Source of the DNA: Thermoplasmata archaeon
GTDB taxonomy: Archaea; Thermoplasmatota; E2; JACPAO01; JAHFTW01
DNA length: 64,000 nt
Direction of reading: 5' to 3'
Assembly (NCBI GenBank): GCA_034667725.1
Contig: JAXDQS010000010.1
Location: forward strand, 288,001 to 352,000
Under the pieces are notes generated by a model, which was not told the origin of the DNA, did not search any database, and saw nothing but the letters and a program-made list of their open reading frames with translations. Below, piece by piece: positions 63,304-64,000 of the stretch (the stretch's first letter is position 1; each line of letters starts with the position of its first letter). The position numbers and the translations under genes were made by a program.

Positions 63304-64000
63304 GTGCGCATCGCCATCCTCAGCACCTTCCCGCCGACGGCGTGCGGCATCGGCGAGTACGCCGCCCAGCAGGCCCGGCACTTGGAGGCCCAAGGCCACA
63401 CCGTGGAGCGCGTGCGCCTGGAGGAGCTGCGCGAGAAGGGCTGGCGCACCGGCAAGGACGGCGCGTTGCGCGCGGCCCTCGCGGCCGTGGACCGCGCCGA
63501 CCGGGTCATCGTCCACTACCAGATCGGCTTGCTCAAGGACGAGTCGCGCCGCGTCCGCGGGCTCGGCTACTTCGCGCCGCAGGCGGGGCTGCTGCGGCTG
63601 CTGCGCCGCGCCGGCAAGAAGGGCGAGGTCGTGGTCCACGAGTCGAGCTACAAGCTCTACCGCGGCCCCGGCGAGTTCGTGCAGTACCCCGTCTCGTGGG
63701 TGGTCCACCGCGCCGCCCACCGCCTGGTGTTCCACACGGAGTTCGAGCGCAAGGCGTTCGAGGAGCGGTTCTTCCGCCACCCGCGCGCCGAGGTCCGCCC
63801 GCACCACGGCGAGTTCACGCCCAACGTCGAGGCCGACCGCGCCACCGCGCGCCAGCGGCTGGGCCTGCCCGCGGGCGAGCACGTCACGCTCTGCATCGGG
63901 TTCTACACGCCGTCCAAGGGCTTCCCCGAGTTCGCCGAGGCGTTCGCCGCCGCCCTCGCCGACGGCACCCTCCCCAAGGACCGCCACCTCCACGTCGTGA
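63304..64000 (+). CDS. GT4 glycosyltransferase (3' truncated by window edge)
   Basis: MRIAILSTFPPTACGIGEY..., IGFYTPSKG; frame open to the window end. Confidence 0.8.
   Translation, partial: MRIAILSTFPPTACGIGEYAAQQARHLEAQGHTVERVRLEELREKGWRTGKDGALRAALAAVDRADRVIVHYQIGLLKDESRRVRGLGYFAPQAGLLRLLRRAGKKGEVVVHESSYKLYRGPGEFVQYPVSWVVHRAAHRLVFHTEFERKAFEERFFRHPRAEVRPHHGEFTPNVEADRATARQRLGLPAGEHVTLCIGFYTPSKGFPEFAEAFAAALADGTLPKDRHLHVV

Noticed and set aside
1-64000. CRISPR array, cas genes, reverse transcriptase/DGR, IS transposase
   Set aside because: No regularly spaced repeat-spacer units and no corresponding protein motifs were seen by eye

Overview
High-GC archaeal chromosome segment. Markers include 7S SRP RNA, an intron-containing tRNA-Trp, eL41, the cdrS-ftsZ locus, membrane LonB, archaeal phosphopantothenate synthetase and aspartate dehydrogenase. 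A Thermoplasmatota-like or other euryarchaeal affiliation is inferred, not proven. Core genes occupy about 1-11.8 kb and 33-64 kb. A lower-GC integrative element of about 21 kb (11803-32996) sits in the 3' end of tRNA-Trp. It is bounded by a 24-bp direct repeat and inward arm-type repeats, and no intact integrase is visible. Its cargo is (i) a signal-peptide SBBP-FN3-Rhs polymorphic toxin of about 2660 aa with cognate immunity and orphan toxin/immunity cassettes, (ii) a Type I restriction-modification system and (iii) candidate uncharacterised defence genes (a DUF4365-like nuclease pair and a coiled-coil protein with a RelE-like end). Outside the island the notable items are a LonB homologue that keeps its AAA+ motifs but has lost both catalytic dyad residues and sits among exported-protein genes, a neprosin-family glutamic peptidase, several surface proteins with PGF-CTERM-like tails interleaved with NAD biosynthesis genes, two giant Ca-binding surface proteins, a tRNA-Thr-derived repeat, and several structured intergenic elements. 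All family assignments come from motif recognition by eye; no database searches were run.
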